DNA of 32,000 nucleotides from an uncultured bacterium (GTDB lineage Bacteria; GCA-001730085): NCBI GenBank assembly GCA_964565945.1, contig CAZMGY010000026.1, positions 1 to 32,000 of the forward strand, read 5' to 3'. Shown piece by piece: positions 25,801 to 32,000 of this stretch (position 1 is its first letter; each line of letters starts with the position of its first letter). The notes under the pieces were generated by a model. It saw only the letters and a program-made list of their open reading frames with translations, ran no database searches and was not told where the DNA came from. The position numbers and the translations under genes were made by a program.

Positions 25801-26661
25801 CATAACGGCGAAAGCGAATTGCGGTTTAACACAGTCGAAGAATGTCAGGAATTTTATAATAAGTATGTTCAAACAGCCAGCTTTGCATGTGGTGTTGCAC
25901 CCTATCCCTTTCCTTCTAATCATAATATTTTTGTGATGCCCAAGGATAACGATAAAATTTTGATGCTTAAAAAAACAGACAAGGCTGGCGATGCTGGATG
26001 CTACAAATCTGGTTACAAGACTGGATGGATAGGAATTAATTTTAAAACTAAGCAAGAACGTAGGGTTTTTGAACACTTGTTATCTATAGATCAATTGAAG
26101 AACAGGAATGTTGTGGAGCATTTGCATATCCTAAAAAATGAGACCACATTTTATGTTGAACCTCAAGTGCTGAAGGGTAAAGGCGGTTTAAAATGGAAAG
26201 CCAAGAGATTCAAATTTGCTAATCAGGTTGATATTCATGAGTATGATGCTCAGCTTTATCAGTTTTTGCTTGAGGAATTTATTGACGAGTTGAGGATAGG
26301 ACAAACCGTTTTAGAAAAAGAAGCCAAAAAATTGGAAAATCAGGCTGTTGTTGCAGAAGTGGTTGCACGAGGTAAACCCGAAGCTAAACCGAGGAGGGGG
26401 GATCCTGGGAAATATCAGGAAAGAAAGCAGTCCAAGGATTTACTTATCATTGAGGTTGTTTTGCCAAATAACACTGGAGTGCTGACTCTTCAGATTGGTC
26501 GCAATGCCACGTATGAAGATTTTGAAGATCTATTTGAAGATCTGTCTCTTGAGGGAGACTGGGATGAGCAGAACTTTCAAGACAAAATTCACTCTTTAAA
26601 TGGGCTTAGGCTTGATAACGATAAGGATTATGCCGAGACTCTACTGTACGAAGCGGCTTAA
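22816..26661 (+). CDS. Large multidomain protein: hydrophobic N-terminus + NADAR/YbiA (DUF1768) domain + duplicated unknown module + atypical kinase-like domain
   Basis: NADAR landmarks at aa ~70-230 align well to E. coli YbiA as I recall it: YWLSNFY, WKSAEHYYNAMKF, STPKEALKLG, DWD....MREALWYKF, DSTWGF, NYLGRLQMEL. Kinase-like landmarks at aa ~750-900: KPGGVMPGAIY, EEWMVK, KEVM, NEDFFSPSNQN, QLDLGESF. Start is ATG 22816 (GTG 22813 in the track). Confidence 0.85.
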   Translation: MGQVFIGFVAIQLVFVQVIWGLAPASNLISKDLEKFWDGKVSSHGQTQGVGMGSRQPLSVVDAYAKGSENYWLSNFYTPSDGSTLFQVKMIWGKEEILCLWKSAEHYYNAMKFWGINRKAFDAVRKASTPKEALKLGQKYRLNPEQIKDWDAGLKFQRMREALWYKFSVSKYKAKLMSLNGNVIVESSDTDSTWGFCPQVYASNNRDLNDSSNYLGRLQMELIDFWSKNPEGSLREYCRFKSNMRGYAEEAKAFYEQKIKPHLKAYFEKYSKEDIHQKSGLLESFLAERSVLPFVSEAEQRAVVKSDPFVQPSLVCKKLVQAFQKLFSGNKTVDQSFHGITSKKMKIGRRNSLNEIYNPQTGELINGFNMERHDFIWSFYPKVSRGISGASEPTYLSYDMKVGRDPYNILTYPLATREALFDGILQLRRDQNFRAKLKQNDDVYLRHIGLAYDEGKKSLKIINELDFKEYIREPYQTKTVRKNGVLKEYKFHRHNRLRLSRRYESLVLFGEVERAMAMKDLLQNETVTEVQEDYWQKTFENSLKVHKVLEQRKETLGSASMHVGDDSALEQIPKVDTKGGRCFVWHKGSLYIRFFDIDDKSDFLKQSVNFQPTLFQEVVGKNTLVRMKSSKGPKARDEDRLGAYVARRGDVGINFFSNAERNAFLKYVLYVDTDTLNKHHDLRNPYVFNKTGMEKALYFPQKSVDELKTIHQGFVVLRSEDPVVSRSEDPVVSRSEFFQLDPKEFVFSRNKPGGVMPGAIYHDVKTGEEWMVKMAGNPSGFSPTYRYRDAMKEVMLLHVLRKMGVVVPEARMVRATNGSLLVGTKIVPHVKLYESLSEEERLKIAQDELHRMYIYAVLFANEDFFSPSNQNVIFQSNGSGGFNPFQLDLGESFKGDFRAIEKDIRVALSNNQFFRRGGDDGFKDLILKDLTDTRLRGLLEEAASKAQAFVKNSTKFLADFELIPGVVSPEPEKYFDLDDLFQDKTRSVEVSLKYTHNGESELRFNTVEECQEFYNKYVQTASFACGVAPYPFPSNHNIFVMPKDNDKILMLKKTDKAGDAGCYKSGYKTGWIGINFKTKQERRVFEHLLSIDQLKNRNVVEHLHILKNETTFYVEPQVLKGKGGLKWKAKRFKFANQVDIHEYDAQLYQFLLEEFIDELRIGQTVLEKEAKKLENQAVVAEVVARGKPEAKPRRGDPGKYQERKQSKDLLIIEVVLPNNTGVLTLQIGRNATYEDFEDLFEDLSLEGDWDEQNFQDKIHSLNGLRLDNDKDYAETLLYEAA
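24967..25022 (+). repeat. Perfect 24-bp in-frame tandem repeat (2 full copies plus 8 nt) inside the large ORF
   Basis: cgttctgaagatcctgtggtgtcg at 24967-24990 is identical at 24991-25014, followed by cgttctga. It encodes (VVL)RSEDP-VVSRSEDP-VVSRSE. Confidence 0.95.
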
Positions 26662-26693
26662 TCTTCTCCGACATTTGAGTAGTTATTTGAGGA

Positions 26694-26703
26694 GGGGGGG
26701 GGG
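26694..26703. repeat. Homopolymeric G10 (C10) tract in the intergenic region
   Basis: gaggaGGGGGGGGGGccg seen directly. It lies 33 nt after the large-ORF stop and 24 nt upstream of the candidate pfk -35. Confidence 0.95.
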
Positions 26704-26726
26704 CCGTGCGAGAATAATTCCAATGC

Positions 26727-26755
26727 TTCACACGTGCTTATACTTGCGTTATAAT
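26727..26755 (+). promoter_or_regulatory. Candidate sigma70 promoter for pfk-gmhA-hldC-pfkB (TTCACA-17-TATAAT)
   Basis: TTCACA at 26727-26732, a 17-nt spacer, and consensus TATAAT at 26750-26755. AGGAGG RBS precedes ATG 26821. Confidence 0.5.
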
Positions 26756-26820
26756 AAGGACTTTGTGCAGGGTGAAAAGTATCCCGCAAACGAAGTAAGT
26801 ATAAGGAGGAGTGTGATTAG

Positions 26821-27861
26821 ATGAAAAACATTGGTGTATTAACTGGTGGTGGAGATTGTCCTGGTTTGAATTCTGTGATCCGTGGTGTGGTTCGCAAAGC
26901 TTTGCAGCATGGAATCGAAGTGATAGGGTTCCAAAACGGATGGAAGGGTATTTTGGAAAATGACCAACGACCCTTGAATTTAGAGTCGATTTCGGGCATT
27001 TTGCATCGCGGTGGAACTATTTTGGGAACATCACGTACCAATCCTTACAATGGTGATGATGCTGTGGTTAAAGGAAATTTAGAGACCATTAAGGCGACTT
27101 TTGAAGCTAATGGTTTGGAGGCTTTGGTGGCTATCGGGGGAGAAGATACCTTGGGTGTGGCTAACAAGCTGTGTCGTGCTGGTTTCAACGTTGTTGGTGT
27201 GCCCAAAACGATCGATAACGATCTTTCGGCAACCGACTTTACCTTCGGTTTTGATACGTCGGTGAACATTTCTATGGAAGCGATTGATCGTTTGCACACG
27301 ACTGCCGAATCACATAGCCGTGTGATTGTGGTGGAAATCATGGGTCGCCACGCTGGTTGGATCACTCTTTATGCAGGTTTGGCAGGTGGCGCCGATGTAA
27401 TTTTGATTCCCGAAGAAGAGTACAATTTGGACGAAGTGGTCGCGACCCTTAAAAAACGCCATGAGCGCAAAAACTTTAGCATTGTTGCCGTTTCCGAAGG
27501 CGCGATCGAGAAAGATGTCGATAGGATGACCCAAGATACTGAACTGGATGCTTTTGGTCATGTTAAATTGAGTGGTGTAGGCGAGCGTTTGGCCAAAAAA
27601 CTCGAAGAGAAAACTGGCTTCGAAACCCGGTATGTGGTTCTTGGCCATGTTCAACGCGGTGGAGCCCCAAGCGCTTTTGATCGCGTGTTAGGTTTACGTT
27701 TTGGTGTCAAAGCTGTTGAGCTTGTTCTTGATAGTAATTTTGGTAAAATGACTAGTTTGCAAGGTAATAAAATTGTTGATGTACCATTGGAAGAGGGTGT
27801 GGGAACACTCAAAACAGTTGACAAGGATCTTTATGAACTGGCCAAAACTTTTTTTGGATAA
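26821..27861 (+). CDS. pfkA: 6-phosphofructokinase, short (~340 aa) actinobacterial-type group (ATP- or PPi-dependent)
   Basis: Motifs GVLTGGGDCPGLN, GGTILGTSR, IGGEDTLGVA, GVPKTIDNDL, MGRHAGWI, LGHVQRGG. Colinear with the Amycolatopsis PPi-PFK / Streptomyces ATP-PFK type as I recall them. Confidence 0.92.
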   Translation: MKNIGVLTGGGDCPGLNSVIRGVVRKALQHGIEVIGFQNGWKGILENDQRPLNLESISGILHRGGTILGTSRTNPYNGDDAVVKGNLETIKATFEANGLEALVAIGGEDTLGVANKLCRAGFNVVGVPKTIDNDLSATDFTFGFDTSVNISMEAIDRLHTTAESHSRVIVVEIMGRHAGWITLYAGLAGGADVILIPEEEYNLDEVVATLKKRHERKNFSIVAVSEGAIEKDVDRMTQDTELDAFGHVKLSGVGERLAKKLEEKTGFETRYVVLGHVQRGGAPSAFDRVLGLRFGVKAVELVLDSNFGKMTSLQGNKIVDVPLEEGVGTLKTVDKDLYELAKTFFG

Positions 27862-27864
27862 AGC

Positions 27865-28434
27865 ATGAAAGAGCAAGTTCAAGCTTATTTGCAAGAAAGT
27901 GCGCAGTTGAAACAAACAGTAGCGCAAGAACAATCTGTGGTGATTGTGTCCATGGTTCAGGCAGTCGTGGACAGCTATCGTCAGGGTGGTCAAGTACTGG
28001 CGATGGGCAATGGTGGGAGCGCTGCGGATGCGCAGCACTTTGTGGCTGAGCTTGTCGGACGTTTTCGTTTGGAAAGAGACCCTTGGCCAGCCATGGCTTT
28101 AACACCTAATTCGTCAACAGTCACAGCTATTGCTAATGATTATGGTTATGAGCAAGTTTTTGTGCGTCAAGTTAAGGCCTTTGCCCGAGCTGGAGATGTG
28201 ATTGTAGGGATTTCCACCAGTGGTTGCTCGGCTAATGTGATAGAGGCCATGAAGGTGGCCAAAGATCAGGGCGCTATTTTGCTTGGTTTGACTGGACTTC
28301 CTGGAGTTCCGTTATTGGAGCTGTGTGATCATGCTTTGGTGGTTCCTGCCAAGGCAACGTCTTTGGTGCAAGAAGTTCATATGGCTGTGTTGCATTTGAT
28401 CTGCCAATTGGTCGAGGAGCAACTGAGTGCTTAG
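27865..28434 (+). CDS. gmhA: Phosphoheptose isomerase (SIS domain)
   Basis: Motifs GNGGSAADAQHFVAELVGRF, TAIANDYGYEQVF, GISTSGCSANV. Confidence 0.9.
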   Translation: MKEQVQAYLQESAQLKQTVAQEQSVVIVSMVQAVVDSYRQGGQVLAMGNGGSAADAQHFVAELVGRFRLERDPWPAMALTPNSSTVTAIANDYGYEQVFVRQVKAFARAGDVIVGISTSGCSANVIEAMKVAKDQGAILLGLTGLPGVPLLELCDHALVVPAKATSLVQEVHMAVLHLICQLVEEQLSA

Positions 28435-29311
28435 CTGGGATCAGGCCAAACAGGCTGTTGAGGGATGGCAAAAACAAGGCTATAAAGTGGTTTTTACCAA
28501 TGGATGTTTTGACCTTTTGCATGTCGGGCATGTGCGTTATTTGCAACAAGCGCGTGCTTATGGTGATGTGCTTCTTTTAGGACTTAATTCCGATGCTTCT
28601 GTTAAACGCCTTAAGGGCAATCAACGTCCGATTGTTCCCCAAGAAGAAAGGGCAGAATTGCTTGAAGCACTTTCTTGCATTGACGGGGTGGTTTTCTTTG
28701 AAGAAGATACGCCTTTGGAATTGATTGTGAGTGTGCAACCTGATGTGCTTACCAAGGGAGGTGATTACACCATTGAAAATATTGTGGGTGCCGAGGAAGT
28801 TATGGCATGTGGAGGGGAGGTTGAAATATTATCTTTTGTTGATGGTAAATCAAGCACTAATGTTGTTGAGAAAATTCGTCAGCTAGAGATGAGTGAGCCT
28901 CTGTCTGTTTCTCCAGATGTGTTAAGAATCATCGATGCCAATGTGAATCGGTTACGTGAAGGTGTGCGTGTTGTCGAAGAATATGCACGTTTTGTGACTA
29001 GAGAAGAGTCTTTGGTGCAATTTTGCAAAGATGTTCGACATCGGGTGTCGGCTTGGCTCAGTCAAAGCGATTGGATTGAGTGCTTGATTGAGGTGCGTGA
29101 TGTGGCGCATGATTGTTTGCGTGATCAGATGAGTACCTCTGAGGGCGAGCGTGCTAATGAGCAGGCTGTATTAGGGGCCAACCTGCAACGGGTGAAGGAA
29201 ACCCTGCGTGTATTGGAAGAGTATGGCAAAGTGATTTCGGTTGATTGGGGCGTGTTTTTCCAGAAAATACGTTTTGAGTGGTATGAGTTAGAGAAAGGAA
29301 TACAAATATGA
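28427..29311 (+). CDS. hldC: D-glycero-beta-D-manno-heptose-1-phosphate adenylyltransferase (RfaE domain II/HldC) fused to a ~130-aa C-terminal helical domain
   Basis: N-terminal half: VVFTNGCFDLLHVGHVRYL (HxGH), LGLNSD.SV..LKG..RP, GGDY, KSSTNVVEKI. C-terminal half (from ~28920): RIIDANVNRLREGVRVVEEYARF ... LQRVKETLRVLEEYGKV. The GTG start overlaps the gmhA stop by 8 nt. Confidence 0.8.
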   Translation: MLSWDQAKQAVEGWQKQGYKVVFTNGCFDLLHVGHVRYLQQARAYGDVLLLGLNSDASVKRLKGNQRPIVPQEERAELLEALSCIDGVVFFEEDTPLELIVSVQPDVLTKGGDYTIENIVGAEEVMACGGEVEILSFVDGKSSTNVVEKIRQLEMSEPLSVSPDVLRIIDANVNRLREGVRVVEEYARFVTREESLVQFCKDVRHRVSAWLSQSDWIECLIEVRDVAHDCLRDQMSTSEGERANEQAVLGANLQRVKETLRVLEEYGKVISVDWGVFFQKIRFEWYELEKGIQI

Positions 29312-30210
29312 GTTTAGTGGTTGTCGGTTCGGTGGCTATTGATAATATTATTTCTCCCAAAGGGTGCAAAGACAATGCGATGGGAGGATCGGCGTGTTAT
29401 TTTTCGTGTGCGGCTAGTCATTTTGCGGCGGTTAATTTGGTTGGTGTTGTGGGAGAGGATTACCCCAAAGAGCATATTAACCTTTTACGTTCTAAAAATA
29501 TCGATTTGCAGGGTTTGGAGCATAAAGAGGGCGAAAGCTTTCGTTGGACGGGTGAGTATTCGAAGGACTTTATGTCAGTTAAAACGCTTAATTTAGCCTT
29601 GAATGTGTTTGAACATTTTGACCCCGTGTTGCCGGATTCTTATTGTGATTCGGAGTACGTGTTTTTGGCCAATATTGATCCTTTGTTGCAAATGAAAGTG
29701 ATGGATCAAGTGAAAGAGCCGCGACTGGTTGTGATGGATACCATGAACCACTGGATCGAAACACGGAGCAAAGAATTGCTTGAAGCTCTTAAGCGTGTGG
29801 ATATTCTTATTTTAAATGATGGGGAAGCGCGAATGTTGTCTGAGCAATATTCTTTGATTAAAGCAGCGAAGTCCCTGCTGGAGCTGGGGCCGAGTCAGGT
29901 GGTGGTTAAACGTGGGGAGCACGGATCTTTTTTAATGGGGCGTGATGGGGAGTTGTTTTTGATTCCAGCCTATCCCGTTGAAAATGTTGTTGATACCACT
30001 GGTGCAGGAGATAGCTTTGCGGGGGGTTTTATGGGTTTTATCACCAAATCGGGGGCGCTGACTCAAGAAACTTTTCGTTTGGCAATGGTGTACGGGGCTT
30101 GCGTATCTTCGTTCACGGTTGAGGGATTTAGTTTAGATCGTTTGGTCGCGATTACGGACGAGGATATTCAAGAGCGTTTTGATCAATTGAAAACGATGAC
30201 CATTTTTTAA
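29308..30210 (+). CDS. PfkB-family carbohydrate/nucleoside kinase
   Basis: Motifs VVVGSVAIDNI, MGGSACYF, DTTGAGDSFAGGF (PfkB signature). ATGA overlap with the upstream gene. The N-terminus does not look like canonical HldA/RfaE domain I. Confidence 0.85.
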   Translation: MSLVVVGSVAIDNIISPKGCKDNAMGGSACYFSCAASHFAAVNLVGVVGEDYPKEHINLLRSKNIDLQGLEHKEGESFRWTGEYSKDFMSVKTLNLALNVFEHFDPVLPDSYCDSEYVFLANIDPLLQMKVMDQVKEPRLVVMDTMNHWIETRSKELLEALKRVDILILNDGEARMLSEQYSLIKAAKSLLELGPSQVVVKRGEHGSFLMGRDGELFLIPAYPVENVVDTTGAGDSFAGGFMGFITKSGALTQETFRLAMVYGACVSSFTVEGFSLDRLVAITDEDIQERFDQLKTMTIF

Positions 30211-30270
30211 GGAGTATTACATTGAATTCACAAAAAAATATTTGTATTTAATGCCAGTATTTTATTGCAC

Positions 30271-30286
30271 AACCGCTCAAGCGGTT
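30271..30286 (+). terminator. Palindrome AACCGCT-CA-AGCGGTT; possible weak terminator after the PfkB gene
   Basis: Perfect 7-nt arms, foldable as a 5-bp stem with a 4-nt loop. It is followed by a moderately T-rich tract (tacttgttt), 60 nt after the stop. Confidence 0.3.
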
Positions 30287-30380
30287 TACTTGTTTGAAGA
30301 ACATAATGTGTTGATCTTTCTTATGGAGGCTGTTTGCAAGTAATCATAATGGGAGGATTACCTTTAGAAGTATTCTCAAA

Positions 30381-30409
30381 TTGACCCGAGACTTAGATTC
30401 GGATATAAT
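30381..30409 (+). promoter_or_regulatory. Near-consensus sigma70 promoter for smc (TTGACC-17-TATAAT)
   Basis: TTGACC at 30381-30386, a 17-nt spacer, and TATAAT at 30404-30409. It lies 39 nt upstream of ATG 30448, with GAGGCGGAGG as RBS. Confidence 0.6.
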
Positions 30410-30447
30410 ACTCCTTTATTGTGTGCGACCTTGAGGCGGAGGCTCAT

Positions 30448-32000
30448 ATGTTTTTAAAGCGGTTAGAGATTTTTGGCTTTAAATCATTTCCAGAAAAAAC
30501 TGTATTTACATTTAATAACGATGGTGTAACTGTGATTGTTGGCCCTAATGGCTGTGGCAAGAGCAATGTGTCCGATGCGATCAAATGGGTGATTGGGGAA
30601 CAAAAGGCTAAAGCCTTACGTGGCACCCACATGTTAGATGTGATTTTCAATGGTTCGGAATCGATCAAAGCCCTTGGTATGGCAGAAGTATCCTTAGTTC
30701 TCGATAACTCTGCAGGCATTTTCCCAATGGAATTTTCTGAAATCAAGATCACACGTAAGCTTTATCGCTCAGGTGAAAGTGATTATTTACTCAATAAAAA
30801 ACCTCGTCGCCTGAAAGACATCACGGAGTTACTGATGGATACGGGTTTGGGGTCAGATTCGTATTCGGTGATTGAACAGGGACGGATGGATCGAGTTCTA
30901 ACCTCTAAACCCGAAGAGCGGAGGTTTGTTTTTGAGGAAGCTGCTGGGATTACCAAGTACAAAGCTCAGCGAAAAGAAGCTTTGCGTAAGCTGGAGCGAA
31001 CATCGGACAACTTGGTGCGTGTGAATGATATTTTGACCGAAGTAACGCGACAAATGAATTTGATTGAGCGCCAGGCACGTAAGGCTCAGTGTTACAAGGA
31101 ATTTTTTGATGAACTTAAACGTTTAGATGTCAAGGTTCAACGTGAACGGGCTAAAGAATTGGGGCAAGGTCTATTCCAAAACACCAATGCGCTAGCTCGT
31201 TTCGGAGAACAAGATAGGCATCTGCATCAGTCAATTGTCAAGATTGAAAAGAATGTTGTTGACTTGCGACATTCTTTGGAGCAATTGGAGCAAGAAATCG
31301 AGGATAAACAAGCTGAGCTTAACAAGGCAACTTCAGCGTTCAATGTTTTAGAGAATCAAATTGCCTTCAATCAGAACAAAATTCGTGAGCTCGAACAAAG
31401 CAAAGAAGAAAAGATTAAAGAGATTAAAGAAAACGATCTTCAAATGACTTTTTTGCAATCGCAAAAAGATGAAGAGGAACAATCTTTAGAGCAATGCCGA
31501 TTGGATATAAAGGCTCTTGTTGCACTGATGGAGAACGATCAAAAGCATGTTCAACAAGCCGAGATTAAATTGCATGAGCATACGCATGAATTAGATGAGC
31601 ACAAAAAAGATATCTTAGAGTTAGTGACCGAACAATCGCGCAACAAAGACTATATGGCTCATCGTGAGTATGTTTTGAAAACACAGGTGGCTAAAAAAGA
31701 TGATCTTTTGGAACAGAAAGAAGGTAAGGAACAGCGTAAAAAAAAGCTGGCATGTTCATCTGAAGAAGTTCAGAAGCGTTTAGATACATCGCATGTTTAT
31801 TTAAAGGATCTCGAAGGGCAGCGAGATCGGTTGCAGCAACAGGAAACCGATTTGGAGCATAGTATTGAGCAAAAGACAGAACTTATATCCGAGAAACGCG
31901 CGGTTATTTCGGCTCAAAAATCTCAACTGATTATCCTTGAAGACATGCATCGCAACTATGAAGGCTACTCTCAAGGAACCAAAGAAATTCTCAAAAAGCG
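30448..32000 (+). CDS. smc: Chromosome partition protein SMC, N-terminal part (runs off the window)
   Basis: MFLKRLEIFGFKSF, Walker A GPNGCGKSNVSDAIKWV, SDYLLNKK, GSDSYSVIEQGR, then a long coiled coil. It is not in the ORF track because no stop occurs before 32000. Confidence 0.93.
   Translation, partial: MFLKRLEIFGFKSFPEKTVFTFNNDGVTVIVGPNGCGKSNVSDAIKWVIGEQKAKALRGTHMLDVIFNGSESIKALGMAEVSLVLDNSAGIFPMEFSEIKITRKLYRSGESDYLLNKKPRRLKDITELLMDTGLGSDSYSVIEQGRMDRVLTSKPEERRFVFEEAAGITKYKAQRKEALRKLERTSDNLVRVNDILTEVTRQMNLIERQARKAQCYKEFFDELKRLDVKVQRERAKELGQGLFQNTNALARFGEQDRHLHQSIVKIEKNVVDLRHSLEQLEQEIEDKQAELNKATSAFNVLENQIAFNQNKIRELEQSKEEKIKEIKENDLQMTFLQSQKDEEEQSLEQCRLDIKALVALMENDQKHVQQAEIKLHEHTHELDEHKKDILELVTEQSRNKDYMAHREYVLKTQVAKKDDLLEQKEGKEQRKKKLACSSEEVQKRLDTSHVYLKDLEGQRDRLQQQETDLEHSIEQKTELISEKRAVISAQKSQLIILEDMHRNYEGYSQGTKEILKK

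Noticed and set aside
26600-27041. ORFs 26600..26824 (+) and 26817..27041 (-) spanning the G10 tract and the pfk start
   Set aside because: They overlap the end of the large ORF, the intergenic promoter and the well-supported pfk frame. Their composition is implausible (for example an Arg/Gly run encoded by the G tract).
1-32000. Scan for CRISPR arrays, tRNA/rRNA genes, IS elements or transposases
   Set aside because: I noticed no spaced short direct-repeat array, no cloverleaf-capable GC-rich ~75-nt segment in the intergenic gaps, and no transposase-like ORF. The scan was by eye only, so small RNAs could be missed.

Overview
Bacterial chromosomal window, almost fully coding and mostly on the + strand. 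All calls come from reading the supplied ORF translations and the DNA by eye. No searches were run, and motif coordinates were counted by hand. Gene content suggests a diderm bacterium (TolC/RND efflux, ADP-heptose genes, pseudopilin), but I cannot place the lineage from sequence alone.

Gene order:
- 3..4359: two tandem paralogous helical proteins of unknown family. The first is cut by the window edge. The second carries a ~130-aa module amplified to four copies.
- 4731..11110: GTP-PEPCK, translationally coupled to a TolC-like gene and followed by an RND pump. No periplasmic adaptor gene is present.
- 11287..13213: overlapping zinc-ribbon coiled-coil, RNase HI and RsmE genes.
- 13200..16819: a GspG-like pseudopilin fused to an HExxH domain, a hypothetical lipoprotein, a SurA/parvulin-like lipoprotein and a HAMP-only membrane protein.
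- 16830..18047 (-): a convergent MscS channel.
- 18297..21531: amt-glnK-glnA nitrogen cluster with a clear terminator.
- 21822..22712: xerD.
- 22816..26661: a 1281-aa multidomain protein (hydrophobic N-terminus, NADAR/YbiA domain, duplicated module, perfect 24-bp tandem repeat, atypical kinase-like domain).
- 26821..30210: pfk, gmhA, hldC fused to an extra helical domain, and a PfkB kinase.
- 30448..32000: the 5' part of smc.

No tRNA, rRNA, CRISPR array or transposase was seen. The best candidates for undescribed biology are the multidomain NADAR/kinase-like protein, the repeat-protein paralog pair, and the pseudopilin-HExxH fusion.
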